NCBI GenBank assembly: GCA_030037265.1
Contig: JASHRQ010000013.1
Location: 1-38,638, forward strand
Direction: 5' to 3'
Length of the DNA: 38,638 bases
Source of the DNA: Thermoplasmata archaeon
GTDB taxonomy: Archaea > Thermoplasmatota > Thermoplasmata > Lutacidiplasmatales > UBA184
Shown here: one piece after another, positions 24,601 to 31,721 of the stretch
How positions within the stretch are numbered: position 1 is the first letter of the stretch
How the letters are laid out: each line of letters begins with the position of its first letter
Made by a program: the position numbers and the translations under genes
The notes under the pieces: generated by a model
What the model saw: only the letters and a program-made list of their open reading frames with translations
What the model was told of the DNA's origin: nothing
Databases searched by the model: none

Positions 24601-25929
24601 CGTGACGAAGACGAAGCCGTAGTCCGCGGGCGCGACGACCGAGACCGTGATCGACCCCGGGAGGGCGGCCGGCCCGAACGTCGAGTTCGTGGTGTTCCAC
24701 AGCCCGTACATCATCGACGGCCCCTGGCTCAGGTACTCGGTGCCGCCCCCGCCCTCGTAGGTGGCGGCGACGCCCAGCGAGGTCTCCCCCGTGTCGACGC
24801 CGTAGTCGTAGGCGGAGCTCACGTTCTCGTACGCGGAGTTCGCCGAGCTCCACCACTTGAGGCTCGCGGTCCCGTCGAGGCTGACGATGTTCGCGTTCGA
24901 GCCGTCGCCGTTGCCGCCCAGGTCCAGTTCGGCGTCGTTAAACAGGTACCCGGTCGGATTGTAGTGGAATCCGTTCACCTGGAACTGCGGCCGGTGGGCG
25001 AGGGAGGTGACTCCGTTGAACGTCACGAAGTCGTACGAGCCGCTCGAGGCGCAGGAGGAGTCGGAAAGGCTGTAGTTGAAGTAGACTCCGGGCACGTCGG
25101 CGGTGCCGTTCCATACGATCGTGAGGTTGTTGTACAGGTCGAGGTCGAACGGGTAGCTCACGGTGCACGCGGGACCATACTTGTAGTACAGCGGCGAGTC
25201 GAGGGTCCCTGTGTAGTTCTGGAGGGTCCCCGCCTTGAGGTACACCGCGCTGCTCGAGAAGTTCCAGATGTTGTTCTCGAACTGGAGCTCGGTCCCGTCG
25301 AAGTGGACCACGCTCTGGATCCAGAACTCCCCGGTGGTCGACCCCGGGTAGGAGATGTTCGTGGCGACCGTATTCAGCTGGAAGGTCATGTTGTTCGGCC
25401 CGGACTCCCAGTCGGCGTAGCCCGGGTTGTACGCCTCGAAGGACGAGAAGCTCAGCTCCGCGGCGATGCTCGTCGTGTTGAACTCGTACGGACCGTTCGA
25501 GCCGAGACCGAGGTCGGAGATGCCGGTCGGGTACGGGTTGGTGAGGTAACTGGGCTCCAGCGGAGCGCTGGCGGGACGCGTCGCGGGCGCGTCCCGCGGC
25601 AGGAACACACTGGAGGCGTTGAGCTGCTTCTCGGCGATCAGTGCCTGGGCCGCCGTGATCCCTGCGGGTTGGGTCGTCGAGCCAGCGACCGCGGCAGACG
25701 AGACGCGGTCGACCGACGAGAGACCGAACGAGCTGGCGTTCGCGAAGAGGGAACTGCCCGAGGCCGTCGAGGAGGACGAGGCCCCGGGAGCGAGGTCTGT
25801 CGGCCCGTGCGCGGCCGAGGGTGCCCCGGGGATCGCACCGGCGGCGAGCCCCGCGAGACCGAGCGACGAGACCACGAGCACCCACGCGAGCGCGACCGGG
25901 ATCGCCCAAGTCCCCCGGCGACCGAGCAT
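21673..25929 (-). CDS. Giant secreted/membrane-anchored glycoprotein: thermopsin (peptidase A5)-like domain + right-handed beta-helix region + 3 tandem C-terminal modules + TM anchor + poly-Pro tail
   Basis: Signal-peptide-like N-terminus (MLGRRGTWAIPVALAWVLVVSSLGLAGLAAG). NPYPTGISDLGLG, MTFQLNTV, FWIQSVVHF, FENNIWNFSS and NDAELDLGGNGDG parallel the motifs I recall from Sulfolobus thermopsin. Very many N-x-S/T sequons. C-terminal hydrophobic helix followed by RRKK and PPPPPPPP. I prefer ATG 25929 over ATG 25956, which sits inside the TATA box. Confidence 0.8.
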   Translation of the reverse strand: MLGRRGTWAIPVALAWVLVVSSLGLAGLAAGAIPGAPSAAHGPTDLAPGASSSSTASGSSLFANASSFGLSSVDRVSSAAVAGSTTQPAGITAAQALIAEKQLNASSVFLPRDAPATRPASAPLEPSYLTNPYPTGISDLGLGSNGPYEFNTTSIAAELSFSSFEAYNPGYADWESGPNNMTFQLNTVATNISYPGSTTGEFWIQSVVHFDGTELQFENNIWNFSSSAVYLKAGTLQNYTGTLDSPLYYKYGPACTVSYPFDLDLYNNLTIVWNGTADVPGVYFNYSLSDSSCASSGSYDFVTFNGVTSLAHRPQFQVNGFHYNPTGYLFNDAELDLGGNGDGSNANIVSLDGTASLKWWSSANSAYENVSSAYDYGVDTGETSLGVAATYEGGGGTEYLSQGPSMMYGLWNTTNSTFGPAALPGSITVSVVAPADYGFVFVTNETTFSAEYGVNASRLNFSYAPGDSTGTATMVLPPPAAGDGYVAEVLADGYTTEYTAAIMASGTVTPPAVGDAAEFSSPVYLNSAAQAEAFGTSGTTGVSYDTGTTTVTIDDAQAALDPSFRHVNDFGYPTFLLFAEFGLSASVHLNEFTQSASTFTYVTDRVDTVTIPYWTQGYFFNFGTGLFSVDNTSVIGNSALLYGPTETIPIPAVEFWATTGSTVDGLVTGQDSLGAIAENSTDSAFSQVTAGTGAFGAVLLDDVGSSVHTAAAAGLDSEGYSSVAVYVDGGSDLSIGSVSASDDAIGVYGGSATAVTIAGDSVTTGSEAVDLEELDGLVIDDLSAASASAGGLVALSDSVTLSGVSVSASDEVEVSEGDGVHAIDVSASDGTLAALVVLDSDDTTVANVSATGNSIGYVGLDGDDAVVTNSTASGLSVGVLVEDLDEVTVSDVRASSGSTGAALAGDELVSVSGFNASETALSGNYFTTAGGSGPFPTTAVATLEDVDATVRNGTALTYNFGLWDNDTDVLSVSNFSEWNGGVGLQLTRTESATIDGVFLFGNALGANLTDTDAVVLTANTVESSAGYGVSVTGGEDATVIANNFVANNGASTNGTTNPAHLQAAVSGAPDVVFDEGAIGNYWSDWSGTGSYAIASGIADDHPYSAFLANWLEFREVGLPAGTTWGFTLTTVPYSTPAELVYIPSWSLPSASLGFVVDPPVGYTPTPPSGAVDFTGANQTVTISFVAVPFTTTFVESGLPSDTVWSVTFNGTAKTNTTFGGSGTISFVTLVGTYAYSIPSVDGYAASSPSGSVYADRNQSLPIAFAIPATTTYAVTFTESGLPAGANWSVRVGATTLHSAGPPIVFELANGTYSYRVTGSAGYAADHASGSVEVNGAPVSVTVPFSKSTSLPGGLSAAEWAAIAVAVVVLVGLGVVLATRRKKSPPTGSPPGPLTEYSPGPAPPSSSPVPPPPPPPGAS
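21898..22599 (-). repeat. Three tandem ~75-aa protein modules (x-E-x-GLP-x-x-x-x-W ... G-Y ... SG-x-V ... PF) inside the giant glycoprotein
   Basis: LEFREVGLPAGTTWGF.., FTTTFVESGLPSDTVWSV.. and YAVTFTESGLPAGANWSV.. share spacing and motifs. The repeat is at protein level and the DNA copies have diverged. Confidence 0.6.
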
Positions 25930-25947
25930 GCGGAAACGACCGCCCGG

Positions 25948-25960
25948 CCTATACATAAAC
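25948..25960 (-). promoter_or_regulatory. TATA box (GTTTATGTATAGG on the minus strand) for the giant glycoprotein gene
   Basis: Centred about 25 nt upstream of ATG 25929, implying a leaderless mRNA. Confidence 0.45.
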
Positions 25961-26011
25961 AGGACGAACGTCCGCCCAGCGACGCGGTTCCCGTGCCCGA
26001 CCGTCGGGTGG

Positions 26012-26221
26012 TCAGGCCCGGTTCGGCCGTTCCGGGCCGTGCCGTCGGGCGGCAGCGGTCGCGAGGTCGAGGTTGAGCGCGGCGTTCGCCGCCGCGAGGA
26101 CGGTTCCGGCGACGGCGAGGCCCCACACGAGCGATGGGATCGGGACCTGCCAGGAGACGTATCCCGCCCCGATCATCGGGGGGAGCCAGAGTACGCCCAC
26201 CGCCGCCCGTCGCCGGTCCAT
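26012..26221 (-). CDS. Possible small (69 aa) two-TM membrane protein
   Basis: MDRRRAAVGVLWLPPMIGAGYVSWQVPIPSLVWGLAVAGTVLAAANAAL... Third codon positions are almost all G/C. The A/T box at 26252-26265 lies about 33 nt upstream. No homology recognised. Confidence 0.4.
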   Translation of the reverse strand: MDRRRAAVGVLWLPPMIGAGYVSWQVPIPSLVWGLAVAGTVLAAANAALNLDLATAAARRHGPERPNRA

Positions 26222-26254
26222 GGAATTCCGCCGGCCGGCGGCACTCCGCGTCCC

Positions 26255-26265
26255 ATAAAGGTATA
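26255..26265 (+). promoter_or_regulatory. TATA-like box (ATAAAGGTATA) upstream of the MMPL gene; possibly bidirectional
   Basis: About 31 nt upstream of GTG 26291. Its reverse complement is equally well placed for the small minus-strand ORF starting at 26221. Confidence 0.4.
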
Positions 26266-26290
26266 GGCGGAGGTCGTTCGAACGCCGTCG

Positions 26291-29200
26291 GTGACGGACC
26301 GAAGGAGCGCCTCGGTTCCCCGAACCCCGTCGTCCGAGGCGGCCGGAGGAGCGGCCACCCGGGTCGACCCACCGCCGCGGCCCAGCCGACGCGGACCGAC
26401 CGGCACCCGGCTGTTCCGCTCCCTCGGGGTCGGCATCGTCCGGCATCCGTGGTACCCCATCCTGTTCTGGGTCCTCTTGCTCATCCTCGCCGTCCCGGCG
26501 ATCACCCACGTCGGGTCGGTCACGACGAACTCCGCCACGACGCTGCCGAACTCGGCGCCCAGCGTTCGCGCGCAGAACGAGATCGACCGGCTCTACCCGA
26601 GCCAGTCCGGCGGCTCGAGCACCTACGTCATGCTCACGACGCCCAACGTCACCGGTGCCGTGGGCCAGCGGGCCACGCTCGCGGTCGCCGGCGCCCTGGC
26701 CGCCGACGGGAGCCTCCAGTACGTGTCGGGCGTGGACTCGTACTACTCGGCGTACCAGCAGTACCTCGCCGGGCAGGCCGAGCTGGGGCTGGGCTTCCTC
26801 TCCTCCGCGGTATACGGACCGGACGCGCTGCTGACCGGGGTCAACGACTCCGCGGCGCTGGTCTGGAGCCCGGCATCCGTCTACTTCCGCGCCTGGTCCG
26901 CCCTCGTGGACAGCGGGAACTACAGCGCGCCGGGGGCGAACTATCCCGCGTACGAGAACGCGGTGGACGAGCTCGCCGGCGCGCCGCCGAGCGCGCGGCT
27001 GGTCCTCGACGCGTTCTACTTCGGCAACGCCTCGGACGACGTGACCGGGTTCAACGCCACGGTACCCGCCGCGTGCGGGGGAAACTCGAGCGCCGCCACG
27101 TTGCCCTGCGCCATCGCGGTCGAGCGGGCGACCTTCCCCACCGTCGTGCCGGCCCTCGGGCTCTCCCCGGAGAACTCGACCCTGCCGCTCTACGTGCTGG
27201 GGGCGCTGGACCTCACGAACTTCACCAGCTGGCCGTCGGTGCGGGGGGCCGCCGCGGACCTGGTCGCGGCGGAGTCCGGTCTCGGGGGCGCCTGGCTCGA
27301 CACGGTCTGGGCGCAGTTCCCCGCGCTCTCCGCCTCGTCGGCCGAGCTCGGGAATTGGAGCGGCGGGGTCGCCAACGGGACCCCCGCCGACTATCCGCTA
27401 CCGGTCCCCGCCTCGATCTCGACGGCGTTCCTGAACCCGGGGCTCACCTCGACGCTGATCCTCGTCAGCTTCTCCGTCTCGGACGACTTCACGGAGGCGA
27501 ACGGGTCGGACCCGGTCTACTCGGACCTGCTCGCGATCAACGCGCTCGTGCCGAAGACCCTGGACGCGGCCGCCCCGGGCGCCGGCATCCGGTTCGTCCA
27601 GACCGGACCGGCGTACCTCGACCAGAACGAGAACTCCCTCCTGGACCGGGACATCGCGTTCATCCTCCCGGTGACGGTGGGGATCCTCATCCTGATCACG
27701 ATGCTCTACTTCCGCGCCCCGATGGCCCCGATCCTCACGTTCGGGGCGATCGGGATCGCGCTCGGACTGGGCCTCGGCGCGGTGTACCTGATCGGGAAGT
27801 ACGTCACGGCGTTCGACGTCACCAGCCTCACGCTCGTCGACACGTTCGTCCTGGGCGTCGGGACCGATTATTCGGTGTTCCTGGTCGCCCGGTACCGGGA
27901 GGAGCTGGTCCGGGGGGCCACCCCCGACGAGGCCGTGGTGACCACGGTGACCTGGGCCGGCGAGAGCATCGCGACGAGCGGCGCGACCGTGATCGTCGCG
28001 ACGCTCGCGATGGCGTTCTCCGGCATCGCGCTCCTGAGCCAGTGGGGCATCGCGCTGTCCGTCTCGGTCCTGCTGACGCTGCTCCTCGCGCTCACCGTGA
28101 CGCCCGCGCTGCTCCGCCTGTTCGGGCCGCGCCTGTTCTGGCCCTACACGAAGGACCGGTTCCGTCGGACGGCGGAGAAGCAGTCCCGGGCGATCCGGGA
28201 CGGTCGGACCTACTTCCACCGCGCCGGCCGGATGGCCACGCGGCGGTCAAAGACCGTCATCGGACTGATCCTGCTCGTGTCGGTCCCCCTCGTCCTCGTG
28301 GCGATCGCGGTCCCGCTCTCCTACAACTTCTACGCCCAGCTGCCGTCCAGCCAGCCGGCCGCGTCCGGTCTCCGGGCGCTCGAGAGCGAGTTCGGGCCGG
28401 GCTACGTGTTCCCGACGGTGATCCTGGTGACCTTCGAGTCGCCGCTCCTCGTCGGGAACGCGACGAACGCCACCGAGTTCACCGAGGCGAGCGCGGTCCA
28501 GGGGCTCATGGAGTCGACGGCGGGGGTCGCGCGCGTCGACTCGCTGCTCGGGGAGAGCGGCGCGCCGCTCGCCACCTGGCTCAACTACTCCGCGCTGCCG
28601 CCGGCCCAGCGCATCAACCTCGAACCGGCGGTCGCGAGCTTCGTCGGCTCGGACGGGCGGACGGTCTGGTACACCGTGACGCCGTCGTCGGACGGCCTGT
28701 CGAACGCCGCCGTCGACAGCCTGAACCGCATCGAGGGGTCGGTGAACGCTTACGCGGCCGCCCACCCGGCCGTGACGAGCGTCGCCTACGGCGGCGCGGC
28801 GTCGACGATCAAGGACCTGGCCACGCAGACCTCCGAGGCGACGGAGCGGATGATCCTGGCCGCGACGATCGGGCTGTTCCTCGTCCTGTTCCTCGTGCTC
28901 GGCTCGGTCGTGATCCCCCCGATCGCGCTCGCCACGATCGGCCTGTCGATCAGCTGGGCGTACGCGCTGTCGTACCTGCTCATCGGAAAGCTCCAGGGCG
29001 CGCCGATCTTCTTCTTCGTCCCGACGATCCTGTTCGTGCTGATCCTGGGCCTGGGCATGGACTACAACGTGTTTTTGCTCACGCGCGTGCGGGAGGAGCG
29101 TCTCAAGCACGGCTCGACGCGCGAGTCCGTCGTGCACGCGGTCACCTACACGGGCGGCGTCATCACCGCCGCCGCGGTGATCCTGGCGAGCGCCTTCCTC

Positions 29201-29368
29201 GTGCTCGGCACGAGCAGCTTCACCCTGCTCGAGGCAATCGGCCTCGCCGTCGGCCTCGCGGTCCTCCTGGACGCGCTCATCGTCCGCACCTACCTCGTGC
29301 CCGCCGCGATCTCCCTCGCCGGCGAACGGGTCTGGTGGGGCTGGAAGCGGCTCCAGCGGCAGCGGTAG
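26291..29368 (+). CDS. MMPL/RND-superfamily membrane transporter (COG2409-type putative exporter)
   Basis: Two-fold architecture: a TM segment plus a large extracytoplasmic domain plus a 5-TM bundle, twice. GVGTDYSVFLVARYREE and GLGMDYNVFLLTRVREE are the paired MMPL/SSD motifs. Confidence 0.85.
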   Translation: MTDRRSASVPRTPSSEAAGGAATRVDPPPRPSRRGPTGTRLFRSLGVGIVRHPWYPILFWVLLLILAVPAITHVGSVTTNSATTLPNSAPSVRAQNEIDRLYPSQSGGSSTYVMLTTPNVTGAVGQRATLAVAGALAADGSLQYVSGVDSYYSAYQQYLAGQAELGLGFLSSAVYGPDALLTGVNDSAALVWSPASVYFRAWSALVDSGNYSAPGANYPAYENAVDELAGAPPSARLVLDAFYFGNASDDVTGFNATVPAACGGNSSAATLPCAIAVERATFPTVVPALGLSPENSTLPLYVLGALDLTNFTSWPSVRGAAADLVAAESGLGGAWLDTVWAQFPALSASSAELGNWSGGVANGTPADYPLPVPASISTAFLNPGLTSTLILVSFSVSDDFTEANGSDPVYSDLLAINALVPKTLDAAAPGAGIRFVQTGPAYLDQNENSLLDRDIAFILPVTVGILILITMLYFRAPMAPILTFGAIGIALGLGLGAVYLIGKYVTAFDVTSLTLVDTFVLGVGTDYSVFLVARYREELVRGATPDEAVVTTVTWAGESIATSGATVIVATLAMAFSGIALLSQWGIALSVSVLLTLLLALTVTPALLRLFGPRLFWPYTKDRFRRTAEKQSRAIRDGRTYFHRAGRMATRRSKTVIGLILLVSVPLVLVAIAVPLSYNFYAQLPSSQPAASGLRALESEFGPGYVFPTVILVTFESPLLVGNATNATEFTEASAVQGLMESTAGVARVDSLLGESGAPLATWLNYSALPPAQRINLEPAVASFVGSDGRTVWYTVTPSSDGLSNAAVDSLNRIEGSVNAYAAAHPAVTSVAYGGAASTIKDLATQTSEATERMILAATIGLFLVLFLVLGSVVIPPIALATIGLSISWAYALSYLLIGKLQGAPIFFFVPTILFVLILGLGMDYNVFLLTRVREERLKHGSTRESVVHAVTYTGGVITAAAVILASAFLVLGTSSFTLLEAIGLAVGLAVLLDALIVRTYLVPAAISLAGERVWWGWKRLQRQR

Positions 29369-29545
29369 GCTCCCCGCCCGACGGGTTGCCGCAGTAACCC
29401 CTGTTTCCACTGGAAAAATCCCCCGGCTGTCTGCCCGTCGTCGGTCACGATTCTCTGTCGGAGGAAGGCGCCAGACCCCCGTCCTTCCTCTGCACGATGC
29501 GCCTTTATGTACGACATCCGTCTGACAAATGGAGGGTGGCGGCGA

Positions 29546-29707
29546 ATGACGGACGAAAAGGACGGACCGATCCCGCTGGCGGCGCTGGGGGTACTGGGGA
29601 AGACGGAGTACGAGGCCGACCTTCCGCTCGCCTACATCCCGCGCGTCCCGAGCGGACCGTCGTTCCGCGACGTGATCGAGCGGGCCGTGGGGTGGTCCCG
29701 CCGATGA
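29546..29707 (+). CDS. Small hypothetical protein (53 aa)
   Basis: ATG preceded by the SD-like GGAGGGTG (29531-29538) and a TATA-like CTTTATGTA (29503-29511). Codons nearly all end in G/C. Its stop overlaps the next ATG (ATGA). Confidence 0.4.
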   Translation: MTDEKDGPIPLAALGVLGKTEYEADLPLAYIPRVPSGPSFRDVIERAVGWSRR

Positions 29708-29910
29708 ACGCCCTCGGCCCCGCCCTGACGGTACCGACCGTGCCGGAGCCCGAGCGGAAGCTGCTCGGCGCCGGCACGCCCCGCGGCTACGGCCACCGGC
29801 CCCGGCTGACGCCGGAGGCGGCCGCGGCGTTCGCGACCTTCGTCGACGCGGCCCGGACCCGGGCCAGCCTCGAGGGCCGGACGCTCGTCTACACGGTCCG
29901 ATGGGCGTAG
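29704..29910 (+). CDS. Small hypothetical protein (68 aa), translationally coupled to the preceding ORF
   Basis: ATGA overlap at 29704-29707. Strong G/C at third codon positions. No family recognised. Confidence 0.4.
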   Translation: MNALGPALTVPTVPEPERKLLGAGTPRGYGHRPRLTPEAAAAFATFVDAARTRASLEGRTLVYTVRWA

Positions 29911-29917
29911 GGCGCCT

Positions 29918-30487
29918 TCACCGCGCCCCGCCGTCCGCGTCCGTCCCTGACGGGCCGTCGTCCTTCTCCTCGGGTTCGGGCTCCACGGTCGCCGCCGGTC
30001 TCTGCTGAAGCGCCGCGGGCCATGCCGCGTCCAGCGCCTCCTTCGACAGCTCGTCGGCCTGGGTGTTCTGCTCGCGCGGGACCCAGCGGAACTCGACGCG
30101 CTCGAACTCCCGGCCCAGGGTCCGCAGCCGCTCGTGGTAGTCGTGCAGGTGGGGCGCGCGCACCCGGTACTCCCCGAGCATCTGGCGGATCACGAGCTGG
30201 CTGTCGCCCGCGAGCCGGACCGGGCCGGAATACCGGGCGCCGCGTAGCCATTCGAGGGAACGGATCGCCGCGACGTACTCGGCGACGTTGTTCGTGGCGC
30301 GCGCGGACCACGGCGGGGCCGCGAGCCCGCACTCCTCGTGCCGGAGCCCCGCGCCCTCGAGCGTGAATCCATAGGTCGCGACCCCCCCGCCCCGCGGGGG
30401 CCGGCAGGCGCCGTCGAAGTGGACGTGCACGGACGCGGCCGAGAGGACGGCCCGGCCGCGCGGGAGCGAGGCGTCGACGCCGGGCAC
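29918..30487 (-). CDS. rnhA: Ribonuclease HI (type 1 RNase H, archaeal RNase HI-like)
   Basis: VHVHFDGAC...NNVAEYVAAIRSLEWL...LAGDSQLVIRQMLGEY...WVPREQNTQADELSK carries the D-E-D-D catalytic context of RNase H1-like proteins. GTG start. Confidence 0.8.
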   Translation of the reverse strand: MPGVDASLPRGRAVLSAASVHVHFDGACRPPRGGGVATYGFTLEGAGLRHEECGLAAPPWSARATNNVAEYVAAIRSLEWLRGARYSGPVRLAGDSQLVIRQMLGEYRVRAPHLHDYHERLRTLGREFERVEFRWVPREQNTQADELSKEALDAAWPAALQQRPAATVEPEPEEKDDGPSGTDADGGAR

Positions 30488-30491
30488 CCCG

Positions 30492-31007
30492 TCACCTCGC
30501 CCGGGCGGCGTTCGAGCGGACGTTCATCGGCGTGGAGAGCCGCGGGCAGGTGCACGAGGCCTCGTCGAGGATGCAGGGGCCGCATCGGACCGCGCCGGCG
30601 AGCAGGAAGAGCGGCTTGAGACAGGACCGGCAGAGCCGGCGCCGGCCGCACCGGGGGCATTCGGCCACGTTCCACGGGATCGCCGTGTAGCACTGCCGGC
30701 AGTTCACCGGCTCCCGGGGGCCCGGCAGATACCGGGCTTCTCGGGGGGGTAGGCGCGTCGCCTCGGCCTCCACCCGCCGGGTGGCGTCGACGACCGGGTT
30801 CCCGAGGAAGCCTCCGACGGTCGTCACCGACGGGTCGGCGGCGGTCGCGCCCCGGATCATCACGACGAGGCCGACGAGGACGATCACTGCGGCCAGATAC
30901 ACCTCGATGCCGACGGAGAAGGTCGAGCTCACCAGGAACGGGATCGAGAGCAGCAGGATCCCCACCAGGGCGAGGATGAGCCCCGCGAGCGCGAGCGTGC
31001 GATTCAT
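30492..31007 (-). CDS. Membrane-anchored Cys-rich (zinc-ribbon-like) protein
   Basis: Two N-terminal TM helices, then CRQC...CPRC...CRSC...CGPC...CTC. It ends 4 nt before the RNase HI start, so the two genes probably form an operon. Confidence 0.6.
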   Translation of the reverse strand: MNRTLALAGLILALVGILLLSIPFLVSSTFSVGIEVYLAAVIVLVGLVVMIRGATAADPSVTTVGGFLGNPVVDATRRVEAEATRLPPREARYLPGPREPVNCRQCYTAIPWNVAECPRCGRRRLCRSCLKPLFLLAGAVRCGPCILDEASCTCPRLSTPMNVRSNAARAR

Positions 31008-31189
31008 CAGGACAACCCGGCCGGATCGGACGTTCCCGAACTATGGCGTGAGGGGAGGTATTAACCCGGGCCCGAGCCGGGGGCCGGCCCGGCCGGCCGA
31101 CCCCGCGAGGAGGGGGGTCCCCGTTCGCCCGGGTCGGGCGCGACGACAGGTTTATCTTGGGCCGCGCCGGAGTTCGACGGAGGGTCCCC

Positions 31190-31603
31190 GTGACCACGAC
31201 CACCTACGGCCAGCCCGCGGCGACCGTCGAGCCGAGCCGACCGCTCGGCGCCGCGATCCTCGCGGTGCTCATCGGCATCGTCGGGTTCCTCTACGCCGTC
31301 GCAGGCGCGCTCGTGGCGGCGCTCGGCGGGCTGGGGTACTTCGACATCCACAACTTCCTGCCGATCTCGGTCTCGTACTCGACGCTCGTGATCGGGATCG
31401 TGATCCTGATCATCGGACTCATCATCCTGGGCGTCGCCGTGGGCCTCTGGGACCAGCGGCTGTGGGCGCTCGTGCTCGCGATCATCTTCTTCGGGGCGAT
31501 CTTCGTGACGGACGTGATCGCCGGGAATCTCCTGTCGCTCGGGGCGATCATCTCGCTGCTGCTCGTCATCTACCTCATCGCGGTCCACCGTCACTTCACC
31601 TGA
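31190..31603 (+). CDS. Integral membrane protein (about 4 TM), unknown function
   Basis: GAAILAVLIGIVGFLYAVAG..., VIGIVILIIGLIILGVAVGLW..., ALVLAIIFFGAIFV.. GTG 31190 is preceded by the SD-like GGAGGGT and the TATA-like GGTTTATCTT (31149-31158). Confidence 0.6.
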   Translation: MTTTTYGQPAATVEPSRPLGAAILAVLIGIVGFLYAVAGALVAALGGLGYFDIHNFLPISVSYSTLVIGIVILIIGLIILGVAVGLWDQRLWALVLAIIFFGAIFVTDVIAGNLLSLGAIISLLLVIYLIAVHRHFT

Positions 31604-31721
31604 GACGGCGTCGGCCCCGCCCGGTCGGCCGGCGCCCGCCGGTCCGGTCACCTAGGGTCACGTGATTACGCGCAGTGCGCTGGGGCCATCTATACCCCCG
31701 TGGGTGGTGCTCCCGGCGCGA

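Noticed and set aside
25954-25956. ATG 25956 as the start of the giant glycoprotein (MYRPGGRFRMLG...)
   Set aside because: This ATG lies inside the TTTATGTATAGG TATA-like element. ATG 25929 gives a canonical signal peptide directly (MLGRRGTW + hydrophobic core) at leaderless distance. I kept 25956 as a possible alternative only.
22627-26076. A 1149-aa plus-strand ORF antisense to the giant glycoprotein gene. Similar long ORFs: 26134..29397 (+), 11648..14659 (+), 11430..13133 (-), 4305..5879 (-), 36247..37548 (-), 21185..23044 (-), 18114..19190 (-)
   Set aside because: Their translations are dominated by Arg/Gly/Pro/Asp/Glu with no hydrophobic cores or motifs. They overlap, on the opposite strand or in another frame, genes with clear family signatures. 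These are typical stop-codon-poor shadow frames of high-GC DNA.
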